Source: Acidimicrobiia bacterium (lineage in GTDB: Bacteria; Actinomycetota; Acidimicrobiia; IMCC26256; JAENVU01). From it: 61,698 nt of DNA. The stretch is from contig JANPBJ010000183.1 of the NCBI GenBank assembly GCA_031430375.1, positions 1 through 61,698 on the forward strand, read 5' to 3'. Positions 1-9,659 of this stretch are shown in pieces (position 1 is the first letter of the stretch; each line of letters starts with the position of its first letter). The position numbers and the translations under genes are program-made. A model generated the notes under the pieces. It ran no database searches. It was not told where the DNA came from and saw only the letters and a program-made list of their open reading frames with translations.

Positions 1-1
1 C

Positions 2-502
2 CAGGGCGAGACAGTGACCGTAGAGGTCACCGACTATCCGCCGGGAGCGGAGCTGACCGCGATGGTCTGCGCGGCGCCCGACGCAACGGGCGAACGCTGT
101 GGCGCACCGGGTCCGACGGCGCCGTTGGTGGTGGGCCGCGACGGGAACGGACGGACCGAACTCGCCATCGAACCAAGCGTGGTAGGAGCGGAGCGCGCGC
201 CGTGTTTCCGAGGCGACGACTGTGGTGTCTCCGTCGCGTCGCAGGCGGTGTTCGCCCGAGCGCCCGTTGTGCCGATCTCGTTCGCCGCGCCCCCGGGCGC
301 CGCGTACGACACCGGCCGACTTCTCATCGGCCTCGGTATCGCACTGGCCCTGCTCCTGATCGCGGCCGGGTTGCTCCGGCGCACCGACTGGTCGCCTGTG
401 GGCGAGGCTGCGGCACCCGAGATCGATGACGCGGAGTACGCGGATCTCGATGCGATCATCGCGGCGCTCCCGCCCCTCGAAGACGAGTGCGTCGCGAACT
501 GA
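2..502 (+). CDS. Neocarzinostatin-apoprotein-like domain protein with C-terminal transmembrane anchor (5'-partial)
   Basis: Frame is open to the window edge. Beta-rich domain with two Cys pairs (VCAAP...RCG; PCFRGDDC) ending in VPISF, then a hydrophobic helix LLIGLGIALALLLIAAGLL followed by RR. Confidence 0.55.
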   Translation, partial: QGETVTVEVTDYPPGAELTAMVCAAPDATGERCGAPGPTAPLVVGRDGNGRTELAIEPSVVGAERAPCFRGDDCGVSVASQAVFARAPVVPISFAAPPGAAYDTGRLLIGLGIALALLLIAAGLLRRTDWSPVGEAAAPEIDDAEYADLDAIIAALPPLEDECVAN

Positions 503-579
503 TTCGCCGGAGCCCGTGTCACCCGCGATCGCCCGAGCGTCGTCTGTCTGGATAAGGATTGCGACGCGAGGACAACTTC

Positions 580-1536
580 ATGGGAACCAACGTCATAGAG
601 ATCGAGGGACTCCGCAAGGAGTACCGCCGCCGGAAGGGCCGCACCGTCGCGATCGACGGGCTCGACCTCGTCGTGCCCGAAGGTGGCGTGTTCGGGTTTC
701 TCGGCCCAAACGGTTCGGGGAAGACCACCACGATCCGCTGCCTCCTCGGGCTTGCCCGAGCGACCAAGGGGTCAGTGCGACTGCTCGGCCGGCCGGTGCC
801 GGAGGGGTTGGCTGAATCGGTCCGTCAGGTCGGCGCCATCGTGGAGGCGCCCGCGTTGTTGCCAACGATGAGCGGACGAGACAACCTCGCGATGCTCGGG
901 GCGATCGATCGCATCGGTCCACGGCGGGTCGACGCGGTCCTCGATGAGGTCGGCCTCTCGGAGCGTGCGAACGATCACGTTCGAAAATATTCGCTCGGAA
1001 TGCGCCAGCGGCTCGCGCTCGGTGCGGCGCTGCTGAAGGACCCGGCGTTGTTGATCCTCGACGAACCGGCCAATGGTCTCGACCCGGCGGGGATTCGAAG
1101 CGTGCGTGAGCTCCTCCGGCGCATGGGCGACGAGGGCCGAACCGTGTTCGTGTCGAGCCACCTGCTCTCCGAGATCCAACAGACATGTGATCGGGTCGCG
1201 ATCCTGAGCCGAGGTCACTGCGTCACTCACGGCACGGTCGCCGATGTACTGGCCGCGTGGGGCCCAGCGGCCGCCATGCTCGCAACTGTGGATGATCCCG
1301 CGGGGGCGCTGGCCGTGCTCAGGCAAGCCGGCATCACGGCCGAATGTGTGCACGATCAACTCCGAGTCGCGGTGGCGCCGCACGATGCCGGACGGATCAG
1401 CCGCACCCTGGGTGAACACGGTCACTGGGTGCGTGAACTCAAACCGGAAGAACGCAGCCTCGAGGACCTGTTCCTCGAAATGACGGACGACCATCTCGTC
1501 GGCCGCGCCACGAAGCTGGAGACGCTCGACGTATGA
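580..1536 (+). CDS. ABC transporter ATP-binding protein (exporter type)
   Basis: Walker A GPNGSGKTT, signature YSLGMRQR, Walker B LLILDEP, H-loop SSH. GAGG SD lies before ATG 580. Confidence 0.95.
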   Translation: MGTNVIEIEGLRKEYRRRKGRTVAIDGLDLVVPEGGVFGFLGPNGSGKTTTIRCLLGLARATKGSVRLLGRPVPEGLAESVRQVGAIVEAPALLPTMSGRDNLAMLGAIDRIGPRRVDAVLDEVGLSERANDHVRKYSLGMRQRLALGAALLKDPALLILDEPANGLDPAGIRSVRELLRRMGDEGRTVFVSSHLLSEIQQTCDRVAILSRGHCVTHGTVADVLAAWGPAAAMLATVDDPAGALAVLRQAGITAECVHDQLRVAVAPHDAGRISRTLGEHGHWVRELKPEERSLEDLFLEMTDDHLVGRATKLETLDV

Positions 1537-1621
1537 ACGAGAAATGCAGAGCGAAACACCGAGCTCGCGATCGTCGGGAGGGGTCTGATCGGTCAGGCCC
1601 GCAGGGCTGCGGGAGGGAGAA

Positions 1622-2437
1622 ATGAATCTGCTCGGAGTGGAGATGCGCCGTGCCCTTCGCCGACGGGTGGTGCGCGTGATGATTCTGCTTGCGGTCCTTG
1701 GATGCGTGTTCGCCGGCGTGATCGCCTTCACCAGTTCGGCCGGCAAGTCCGTGGCGGAGCTCCATTATCGGGAAAGCATCCACCCCGCCGTCCTCGCAGA
1801 TTGGTGGAGTGCGTCGAAAGCCGACGGCGCGGTGCTCATCGCGAGCTTCTTCCTGTTCCTGGGTGGGATGTTCACCGGCGCGGCCGTGGCCGGGTCCGAA
1901 TGGCGCGCGGGCACGGTGACCACGGTGCTCACCTGGGAACCGCGGCGGGTCCGTCTCAACCTCGCACGAACCTTTGCGTGCGGAATCATCGCGACTGCGG
2001 TGGCCGTCGCGCTTCAGGTCATCTTTCTGGCGTGCTTCGTGCCGGCGGTGTTCGCGAACGGATCCACCGGTGGAGTCGATGCCGACTGGTGGGTGGCCCT
2101 GTCGGCGGTGATTGCCAGGACCGCGCTCCTCACAGGGATCGCCGCCATGCTCGCCGTCGCGCTCGCGACGCTCGGACGCAACACCGCGTTCGCTCTTGCC
2201 GCCGTGTTTGCATGGTTCGCCGTGATCGAGAACTTGATTCGGAATCTGAAACCTGGTCTCGCCCCCTATCTCTGGGGGGAGAACATCGGCACGGTCGTCC
2301 CGTGGCGTCAACTGAACGACGTGGAGTTCAACCGAAGTCCTAGCGTCGCACTGGGCACGGTCGTGCTGTACACGACCGTCGTCGTGGTGCTGGCAACCGT
2401 GGCCTTTCGCCGGCGGGATATCGCCGGAACCAGCTAG
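1622..2437 (+). CDS. ABC-2 type transporter permease
   Basis: About 6 hydrophobic helices, motif GSEWRAGTVTTVLTWEPRR, C-terminal FRRRDI. Directly follows the ATPase. Confidence 0.9.
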   Translation: MNLLGVEMRRALRRRVVRVMILLAVLGCVFAGVIAFTSSAGKSVAELHYRESIHPAVLADWWSASKADGAVLIASFFLFLGGMFTGAAVAGSEWRAGTVTTVLTWEPRRVRLNLARTFACGIIATAVAVALQVIFLACFVPAVFANGSTGGVDADWWVALSAVIARTALLTGIAAMLAVALATLGRNTAFALAAVFAWFAVIENLIRNLKPGLAPYLWGENIGTVVPWRQLNDVEFNRSPSVALGTVVLYTTVVVVLATVAFRRRDIAGTS

Positions 2438-2459
2438 GCGGCGGCGCGGGTGGCGCCGC

Positions 2460-3695
2460 TCACGACAGGCGGACCGGCATCGCTTCCAAAGCCACGAACA
2501 CCGGGCTGTAAATCCCGATCCGCGCGTACGTTGCCGGCGCGACGACTTCGATCTCCTGGGTGCGGGCCAACAGCTCCTCGAACAGGATCGTGATCTCGCG
2601 CCGAGCGAGGTTCGCGCCGAGGCAGTAGTGGGGCCCACCACCACCGAATGAGATATGCGGGTTCGGGTTGCGGCCAATGTCGAAGTTAAACGGTAGGTCG
2701 AACGCGTCTTCGTCACGGTTGGCTGAGGGATACCAGAGCGTGACGCGGTCACCGGCGGCAATGGGGACACCGCGGACCTCGGTATCGCGAGTCGCCCGGC
2801 GGGCGAAGTAACTGACCGGGGACGACCACCGCAGAATTTCTTCGACGGCGCCCCGCATGGCGTCGGGCTGCGTACGCATCACCTCGAGTTGGTCGCGGTG
2901 ATCGAGCAAGGTCAGCATCCCGAGGGAGATCGCATTGCGCGTCGTCTCACTCCCGGCGATCGTCAGCAGCATGAAGAACAGGTCGAGTTCGCTCTCGCTG
3001 AGGGTGGTGCGCTCACCATCGTCGGTTTCGATTTCGACCGTCGAGAGAATCGTCCACACGTCGTCCTCGGGTTCGGACCGTTTGCGCCGACCCAGCTCCT
3101 GCGCGTACTCGAACATCGCGATCTGTACCGCGAGATGATCTGCCTCCGAGTAGCCGCCCAGGGCGCCGAGCAGGAATTGCGTCGCGATCGTGAAGACGTG
3201 CTCGCGGTCCTCGAGCGGGATGCCCACGATGTCGGCGATCATGTGCATGGGGAGTTTGTACGCAACATCGCGGACAAAATCGCAGGTGCCGCGTTCGCGG
3301 GCCTCCTCGACGATGGTGATCGCCCGAGCGCGCGCTTGCTCGTCGAGGCGCGCCACCATCCGGGGGGTGAACCCCTTGCTGATGAGCTTGCGCTGGCGAG
3401 CGTGGTCGCGCCCGTCCATCGTTACGAGCATGAGCCCGCTCGTCTGGGGCTGGAGCGCTAACGCAGGACCGTCGTAGGCGCTGAACAACTCGGGGTCGCG
3501 GTTCGCAGCTTGGACGTCCGCGTACTTGGTGATCGCCCAGAACCCCGGGTCATGCGGGCCCGGGTAGTCGTCTGGGTACTGGTGCCAGGACACGGGCTGT
3601 TCCGAGCGCAGGGTCGTGAACACCTCGTGGGGGAATCCGTTGCGGTAGATGTCGGTATCGGTGAGGTCAATTTCGGTGAGTTCGGTGGTGTCCAC
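2460..3695 (-). CDS. Cytochrome P450
   Basis: I-helix AGSETT, EEILR (ExxR), heme motif FGGGGPHYCLG. Confidence 0.95.
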   Translation of the reverse strand: MDTTELTEIDLTDTDIYRNGFPHEVFTTLRSEQPVSWHQYPDDYPGPHDPGFWAITKYADVQAANRDPELFSAYDGPALALQPQTSGLMLVTMDGRDHARQRKLISKGFTPRMVARLDEQARARAITIVEEARERGTCDFVRDVAYKLPMHMIADIVGIPLEDREHVFTIATQFLLGALGGYSEADHLAVQIAMFEYAQELGRRKRSEPEDDVWTILSTVEIETDDGERTTLSESELDLFFMLLTIAGSETTRNAISLGMLTLLDHRDQLEVMRTQPDAMRGAVEEILRWSSPVSYFARRATRDTEVRGVPIAAGDRVTLWYPSANRDEDAFDLPFNFDIGRNPNPHISFGGGGPHYCLGANLARREITILFEELLARTQEIEVVAPATYARIGIYSPVFVALEAMPVRLS

Positions 3696-3809
3696 GTCCG
3701 GATCCTGTCCGAAACGGAAAACTGAGTCAATCTCCCGACCTGGTGCGCCAAGTCACCGTGGTTCGAGGTGGGCATGACATCGAAGTCCTACACCCGCCCG
3801 ACGACGCCG

Positions 3810-4430
3810 TCAGGCCCGGCCGGCCGCGGCCTCGTCGGCCCGGTTCCGTCCGGTCAAGCGGATCAGCTCTTCGTGCAGCTCGAACCAGACGGTGTGATAG
3901 CTGTCGCGCAAGGGGTGCGCGATCATCTGTAGGTCACCGCCGGCGACCGCGGCGAGCCGACCGACCACCGCGACGTCATAGTCGGCGTCGGCGTGGTCGT
4001 TCGGCACGCTCTCGCCATCGACCTCGCGCACCTGCCATGCCGAGACAACCTGTTTCAGCTCGCCGTTCACCGCGTGGAAGTCGTTCCACAGTGGCTCGAT
4101 GATCGAGCCCAGACGTTCCGAGTCCGCTGCGAAACGGGCATCGACACGGGCGGCGGCATCGGCGAGGAGTCGGACGCGCTCGCCGGGGAGTTGCTGGGCT
4201 GACTCGGTCGCAATGACTTCGGCCACGATCACCGCTACATCATCGACGGTGCAACCGAGCACCTCGGCCACGGTGTTCACGCTCGCGACGCCTTTCAGGG
4301 CCAGTATTCGTTCGCAGGTCTCGATCGTCGCCGCTTCGACGCAGGCCGAGGGTAGGAACGGCACGGGCGCGCTCACCGCCGCCAGCTCGCGTTGCCACCG
4401 CCGCAGAAGCGTGGTGACCATCGGGGTGAC
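3810..4430 (-). pseudogene. Fragment of an Rv1126c-like (PPDK-associated) protein; 5'-truncated with a probable internal deletion
   Basis: Recognisable motifs AWQVRE..PNDHADADYD and DSYHTVWFELHEELI. The segment between RLAAV and AGGD is shorter than I recall for the family, and there is no credible start. Confidence 0.55.
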
Positions 4431-5143
4431 GGTAGAGCCGAACCGGAGACGCTCGTTGGTCTGATGGACGGCATCGACATCGTGTTCTCCAGCGTCGGCA
4501 TCTCGCGCCAACGTGACGGCCTGACCTTCGAACAGGTCGACCATCAATGCAACACAACACTGATCGACCTTGCGAAGGCCGCCGAGGTTCGGCTGTTCGA
4601 GTATGTCGCGATGCAGGGCGCGGCCGAACCCGTTCTTGCGAACCTGGCGATCACTCGAGCCCATGAGTCCGTCGTGTCGGAGTTGAAGGCATCAGGACTG
4701 GACCATCGGGTGATGCGACCTTGTGGGTACTTCTCCGGCATGGGCGCGTTGCTGAAGATGGCGCGCCGTGGCCGAGCTCTGCTCGTGGGCGACGGCAACA
4801 ACCGGATGAGTCCGATCCACGGCCGCGACTTGGCCGGCATTTGTGTCGATATTGTGGAGGGTGACGACATCGAGGTAGAGGTGGGCGGTCCGGAGGTGAT
4901 GACCCAACGTGAGACCGCCGAACTTGCCTTCGCCGTCCTGGGCAAACGAGCGAAGACACTGTGGTTCCCTTGCGCCTGGCCCGAGGTCTGGGCCGGGGGA
5001 TCGGTCGAGTCTCGCAGCAGTTCGGTGATCTGGCCGAGTTCATCGTTGTCGCCGGCGAGGTCGACGGCGTCGGCCCGCTCCTGGGATCAACGACGCTGCG
5101 TACCTACTTCGAGCGCCTCGCCGCCGATGACCCGAATGCGTAG
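4430..5143 (+). pseudogene. NAD(P)H-binding atypical SDR; 5'-truncated and frameshifted
   Basis: EPETLVGLMDGIDIVFSSVGISRQRDGL..VD, RPCGYF, SPIHGRDLA and VGGPE are present, but the N-terminal GxxGxxG is missing. The C-terminus continues in another frame from about 4960 (VPLRLARG...LRTYFERL). Confidence 0.7.
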
Positions 5144-5276
5144 ACGAGAAATCGGTCTGCCGGAGAAGTTCTCGGATGGACAGGCCGGCCATGATTGTCT
5201 GGCCGGCGCCGGTTGTCGCGCCTGCGGTGCAACGCGCTGACACACTGGTGTATGACGGAGTGGGTCCGGAGGCGCC

Positions 5277-7010
5277 GTGAATCGTGATGGACGAAGCTGG
5301 GATCGCCAGTTCGGCGCAACCACATCGAAGCGGCGCGTGATCGCGCTGGGGATCGACGCCGGATCGATCGCCGTGATCGAGGAACTGGTCGTGGCGGGTT
5401 CGCTTCCGCACCTCGCCGCATTGCGGGAACGCAGTCTGCGCGTGCCCCTGAACTCCGCGCCGACTCACCGGCATGGAGTCCTCTGGCCACAGTTCGTGGC
5501 CGGCGCGGACGCGCGCCTCGGCGGTGATTGGCTGCGCTTCACCTTCGACCGCTCGACCTACGAGGCCTACCAGTCCGGCGCGCGGCACACCATCGAGGGC
5601 ACGGCACCCTTCTGGGAAGCGCCGGATGCGCGCACCATGACGCTCGACGTTCCCGGCACCACCGTGATGGGTCCGGGTGTCCATGTGGCCGCCTGGGGTG
5701 CGCATGCCCCCCTCCACGCTCGAGCATCGGCGCCGCCGGGCCTGCTGGCGGAACTCGATGCCAAGTTCGGTGTGCATCCGGGATTCGAGAATGAATACGC
5801 GTGTGGCTGGCACGATCCGAAGCGGCTCGATCGGCTCACGGACGCGCTCGTGGAGGGCGCCCGCCGCCGGGCCGCAATCTCGGTCGAACTCATGCATCGG
5901 TTCCCCGACTGGGAGCTGTTCCTCGCGGTGATGTCGGAGTTGCACTCTGCGTCGGAGATCATGTGGCAGGCCATCGCGACCGACCACCCACTTGGCGATT
6001 TCGATCCGCACGCTCGGGCGCGGCTCGAGCGCGTGTTCCAAGCCATCGACACTGCGATCGGCCACATCGTGGATCGCGCACCCGACGACGCAGCGATCGT
6101 GGTGTTCTCACTCGATGGCATGCGTGGGAGCCACGGCGATCTGCCGTCGATCGTGCTGCTCCCCGAGCTGATGCACCGGCTTCATTTCGGAACGCCAAAG
6201 CTCCGCGACTCTGATTCGGCTGCATGGCGCCGCGCCGGTTGCCCGCCGCTCGTTCCGCCTCGCGGCGCGCTCTGGCGCCACGACCTCGACACGCGGCTGA
6301 TTGATCCACCGCACCGGCCGTGGACGCAACGCGTTCCGGGCTATCAGGCCGCGAGACTCACGGGCCCAGGGCGCCGCGTGCTCGAGCGCGTGAAGGGCGC
6401 GCCGCTGGGTGCGCTCGGCGTGGCGATTCCACCAGAGTCGCAGGAGACGGCTTCCGCGCTCGATGGGTGTCGCGATTCGGCCGATCGCATCCTCTTTATC
6501 GACAACTACCGATCGCATCGAGCCGCCATGCGCGCGTTTGCGCTCCCGACCTTCGGCGATGCATACGTTCGTATCAATCTCGCCGGGCGCGACGCGCACG
6601 GGACCGTGCGGGTCGACGAATTCGAAGCCGAGTGTGAGGCCGTGGAGTCGATGATCCGTGCGTGTCGGGACGTGAGGACGGGCGAACCTGTGGCCGACGA
6701 CATCCACCGCCTGGGAGTTGGAGATCCGATGGATCCGGACGGCGACCGCTACGCGGACCTGTTCGTGGAGTGGAGCCGACCGACGGACGCAATCGAACAC
6801 CCCCTCGCGGGAGTCATCGGACCCTTTGCGTTCAACCGAACCGCGGCACATCACGAAGTGGGATTCGCGTGGTTCAGCGGTGACGGGCTGACGGCGGGCG
6901 ACGTCGGCTCTCATTCGGTGCTGGACCTGCCTCCCACCATCGTGCGCTTGCTGGATCGCCACGCGCCCCTCCCGCCCGCCGGCCGACCCCTTTCCCTGGC
7001 CGACCCCTGA
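5277..7010 (+). CDS. Alkaline phosphatase superfamily / type I phosphodiesterase-like protein
   Basis: N-terminal ALGIDAG, ELHSASEIMW, IDTAIG, VFSLDGM, RINLAGRD and C-terminal LDLPPTI. Confidence 0.8.
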   Translation: MNRDGRSWDRQFGATTSKRRVIALGIDAGSIAVIEELVVAGSLPHLAALRERSLRVPLNSAPTHRHGVLWPQFVAGADARLGGDWLRFTFDRSTYEAYQSGARHTIEGTAPFWEAPDARTMTLDVPGTTVMGPGVHVAAWGAHAPLHARASAPPGLLAELDAKFGVHPGFENEYACGWHDPKRLDRLTDALVEGARRRAAISVELMHRFPDWELFLAVMSELHSASEIMWQAIATDHPLGDFDPHARARLERVFQAIDTAIGHIVDRAPDDAAIVVFSLDGMRGSHGDLPSIVLLPELMHRLHFGTPKLRDSDSAAWRRAGCPPLVPPRGALWRHDLDTRLIDPPHRPWTQRVPGYQAARLTGPGRRVLERVKGAPLGALGVAIPPESQETASALDGCRDSADRILFIDNYRSHRAAMRAFALPTFGDAYVRINLAGRDAHGTVRVDEFEAECEAVESMIRACRDVRTGEPVADDIHRLGVGDPMDPDGDRYADLFVEWSRPTDAIEHPLAGVIGPFAFNRTAAHHEVGFAWFSGDGLTAGDVGSHSVLDLPPTIVRLLDRHAPLPPAGRPLSLADP

Positions 7011-7026
7011 TCGTCCTCGAAGGGGG

Positions 7027-8616
7027 TCAAATGGTGCGGCCGGAGCCTTCCCAGTAGGGGTCGCGGAGCTGGCGTTTGAGCAACTTGCCGGTGGGGGTGC
7101 GCGGGAGCGCAGCGCTGAACTCGACGGTGCGGGGTGCCTTGTAACCGGCGAGATGTTCACGCACGTGTTCGATGAGATCGCGCACCAGATCGTCGCTGGG
7201 CTCGACGCCGTCGACCAGCTCGACCACGGCCTTGACCTGTTCGCCGAACTCGTCGTCGGGGACCCCGAACACCGCGGCGTCGGTGACGGCCGGGTGCGTG
7301 ACGAGCACGCCCTCGATCTCCGCGGGGTAGATGTTGGCCCCGCCGCTGATGATCATGTCGATCTTGCGATCGGAGAGGAACACGAATCCGTCGTCGTCCA
7401 CGTAGCCGATGTCGCCGAGCGTGCCGTAGCCGTCGCTCGAGTGGGCGGCGGCCGTCTTCTCCGGCGCGTTGTGATACTCGAAGTCGTTGCCCATGAGGCT
7501 CTTGAAGTAGATCTGCCCCGAGGTGTTCGCCGCGCACTCGTGGCCGTCGTCGTCGAGTACCCGGAGGTCGATGGTAGCGAGGGCCTTGCCGATCGAGCCG
7601 GGGCGTTCGAGCCACTCCGCGCCGGAGATCATTGTGAGGAAGCCGCCCTCGGTGCCGCCGTAGTACTCGGTGACTTTCGGCCCCCACCAGTCGAGCATCG
7701 ACCGTTTGACTGCGGGCGGGCAGGGGGCCGCCCCGTGGTAGGCAACCACCAGTGCCGAACCGTTGAAGTTGCAGCGGACCGGCTCGGGCAACTTCAGCAT
7801 CCGCAAGAGTTGGGTGGGCACGAGATGGACGTTGGTGACTTCGTAACGATCGATGAGATCGAGCGTCTCGGCCGGGTCGAACTGGTGGCGCATGACCACG
7901 GTCGATCCTCGGCCGATGAGTGGGAACATCGAGAAGACCCATTGCGCCGAGTGGTACATCGGGCCTTCGAGCAGCGTGACCCCGCCACTCGGCAAGCCGA
8001 GCATGTCGGAGAAGCCCGCGCCGATCAGCTCGAGCATGCCGACATCGGCCCCGACTGCGGTGAGCGAGGAGCGGACACCCTTCGGGAAACCAGTGGTGCC
8101 CGACGTGTAGAACATCGGCCCACCCATCGCCTGGTCGGGTGGCTCGGCCGGTGAGCCTGATGCCAGGACCGACTCGTAGGCTTCGAATGGAGTGGAGAGG
8201 GTCGCGTCCTCAGCAGTGGCGGACGCGACATCACCGATGACGATCCGCACCGGGCACGATGTACCGAGTCGGGCGGCTGCGGCCCGTCCGACTGCGAAGA
8301 ACTGGTCTTCGACGACTAACGCGTCGGCGCCGGCATCCTCGACCACGTAGACGAGTTCGTCCTCCACCCAATGCCAGTTGACCGGCACGATCACCCAGGC
8401 GGCGTGCGCCGCGGCGAGCGTGACCTCGAATGCCTCGCGACGGTTGCCGCTCATGAGCGCCACGGTGGATCCCGGCCCCAGTCCCCGAGCTCGCAGGGCG
8501 CTGATGACGCGGTTGGCCCGTTCGTCGAACTCGGACCAGGTCGTAGAGCCGCGCTCGTCGACGAGCGCCGGCGTGTCGGGGTGCTGCTCGGCGATTTTGC
8601 TCAGCAGTTGCGTCAT
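7027..8616 (-). CDS. Acyl-CoA synthetase (AMP-binding)
   Basis: YTSGTTGFPKG, YGGTEG, GDIG, DRKIDMIISGGANIYP, RTPTGK. Confidence 0.95.
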   Translation of the reverse strand: MTQLLSKIAEQHPDTPALVDERGSTTWSEFDERANRVISALRARGLGPGSTVALMSGNRREAFEVTLAAAHAAWVIVPVNWHWVEDELVYVVEDAGADALVVEDQFFAVGRAAAARLGTSCPVRIVIGDVASATAEDATLSTPFEAYESVLASGSPAEPPDQAMGGPMFYTSGTTGFPKGVRSSLTAVGADVGMLELIGAGFSDMLGLPSGGVTLLEGPMYHSAQWVFSMFPLIGRGSTVVMRHQFDPAETLDLIDRYEVTNVHLVPTQLLRMLKLPEPVRCNFNGSALVVAYHGAAPCPPAVKRSMLDWWGPKVTEYYGGTEGGFLTMISGAEWLERPGSIGKALATIDLRVLDDDGHECAANTSGQIYFKSLMGNDFEYHNAPEKTAAAHSSDGYGTLGDIGYVDDDGFVFLSDRKIDMIISGGANIYPAEIEGVLVTHPAVTDAAVFGVPDDEFGEQVKAVVELVDGVEPSDDLVRDLIEHVREHLAGYKAPRTVEFSAALPRTPTGKLLKRQLRDPYWEGSGRTI

Positions 8617-8743
8617 GGCGTTCCCTCGGCGCTGGTGATTCTTGTGACAGGGGAGTCTTAGTGCATCTCAATCTCGAGGCCCCGTACCGGGAGGTCGTCC
8701 TCGTTGCAATCCCCTCCGACGAAGAGCGCATGGTCGCTCGTGG

Positions 8744-9601
8744 TCAGGTCGCCAGCGGTCCCGTTCCCGCGACGCACGGGTTGTGGAGTTCGCCGATGAC
8801 GTCAGCACCCGAGACGATGATCTCGCCGGGGGCGAGGAAGCGGCCGCTGGCCATGCCGACACCGGACGGCGTGCCCGTGAAGATCAGGTCGCCGGGATAG
8901 AGCGAGCAGACCGACGAGAGGTACGCGACGAGGGTGGGAATGGAGAAGATCAGCTCGGTCGAGCGTGCTGATTGCCTGCGCTCGCCGGCCACATCACACC
9001 AGAGCGCGATGTCGTCGGGGTCGTCGAATGCGTCGATGGAGACGAGCGCGGGTCCGATCGGTCCGAAGTTGGCGAAGCTCTTGCCGAGACAGAACTGCGG
9101 AGGCATGCCGGTCATCTGCACCGCCCGATCGGAGATGTCCTGTCCGAGCGTGAGCCCTGCAACCACGTTCCACGCGTCAGTGACTCCGACATGGCTCGTC
9201 TCGTCACCGATCACCGCCACGATCTCGACCTCCCAGTCGACCATCGCGCCCGACAGGGGGACCTCCGCGGTCGGGCCGGCAATGCAACTCGGGAATTTCG
9301 TGAAGGTGAGGGGTGCCGGTGGCAGCTGGGCGCCGGACTCGTTGGCGTGATCTCGGTAGTTCAGTCCGATGCCGAACACTTGACGCGGCCGAGGCACTGG
9401 CGCGCCAAGCACCACCTCGGCAACGAGGCCGCTCGCGGTCGCGGACTCGCAGCGTTCGTACAGCGTGTGCAACTCGTGATGGCGTGCGACAGCGGTGATC
9501 GGATCGGCGAGGCCGGCTTCGCCGGACAGCTCGGCGAGGTCGTACCACTCGCCGTCGTGTTCGAGTGCGGCGCGATCGTTGACCGTGACGAGTCGGAACA
9601 T
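8744..9601 (-). CDS. Fumarylacetoacetate hydrolase family protein
   Basis: GIGLNYRDH, VDWEVE, DISDR, GKSF, PGDLIFTGTPSGVG. Confidence 0.93.
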   Translation of the reverse strand: MFRLVTVNDRAALEHDGEWYDLAELSGEAGLADPITAVARHHELHTLYERCESATASGLVAEVVLGAPVPRPRQVFGIGLNYRDHANESGAQLPPAPLTFTKFPSCIAGPTAEVPLSGAMVDWEVEIVAVIGDETSHVGVTDAWNVVAGLTLGQDISDRAVQMTGMPPQFCLGKSFANFGPIGPALVSIDAFDDPDDIALWCDVAGERRQSARSTELIFSIPTLVAYLSSVCSLYPGDLIFTGTPSGVGMASGRFLAPGEIIVSGADVIGELHNPCVAGTGPLAT

Positions 9602-9659
9602 CGGTACCTTCCTTCGAGGTGCTTGGGTGTGCCGTGATCTTTCGAACCCAAGGACTGGA

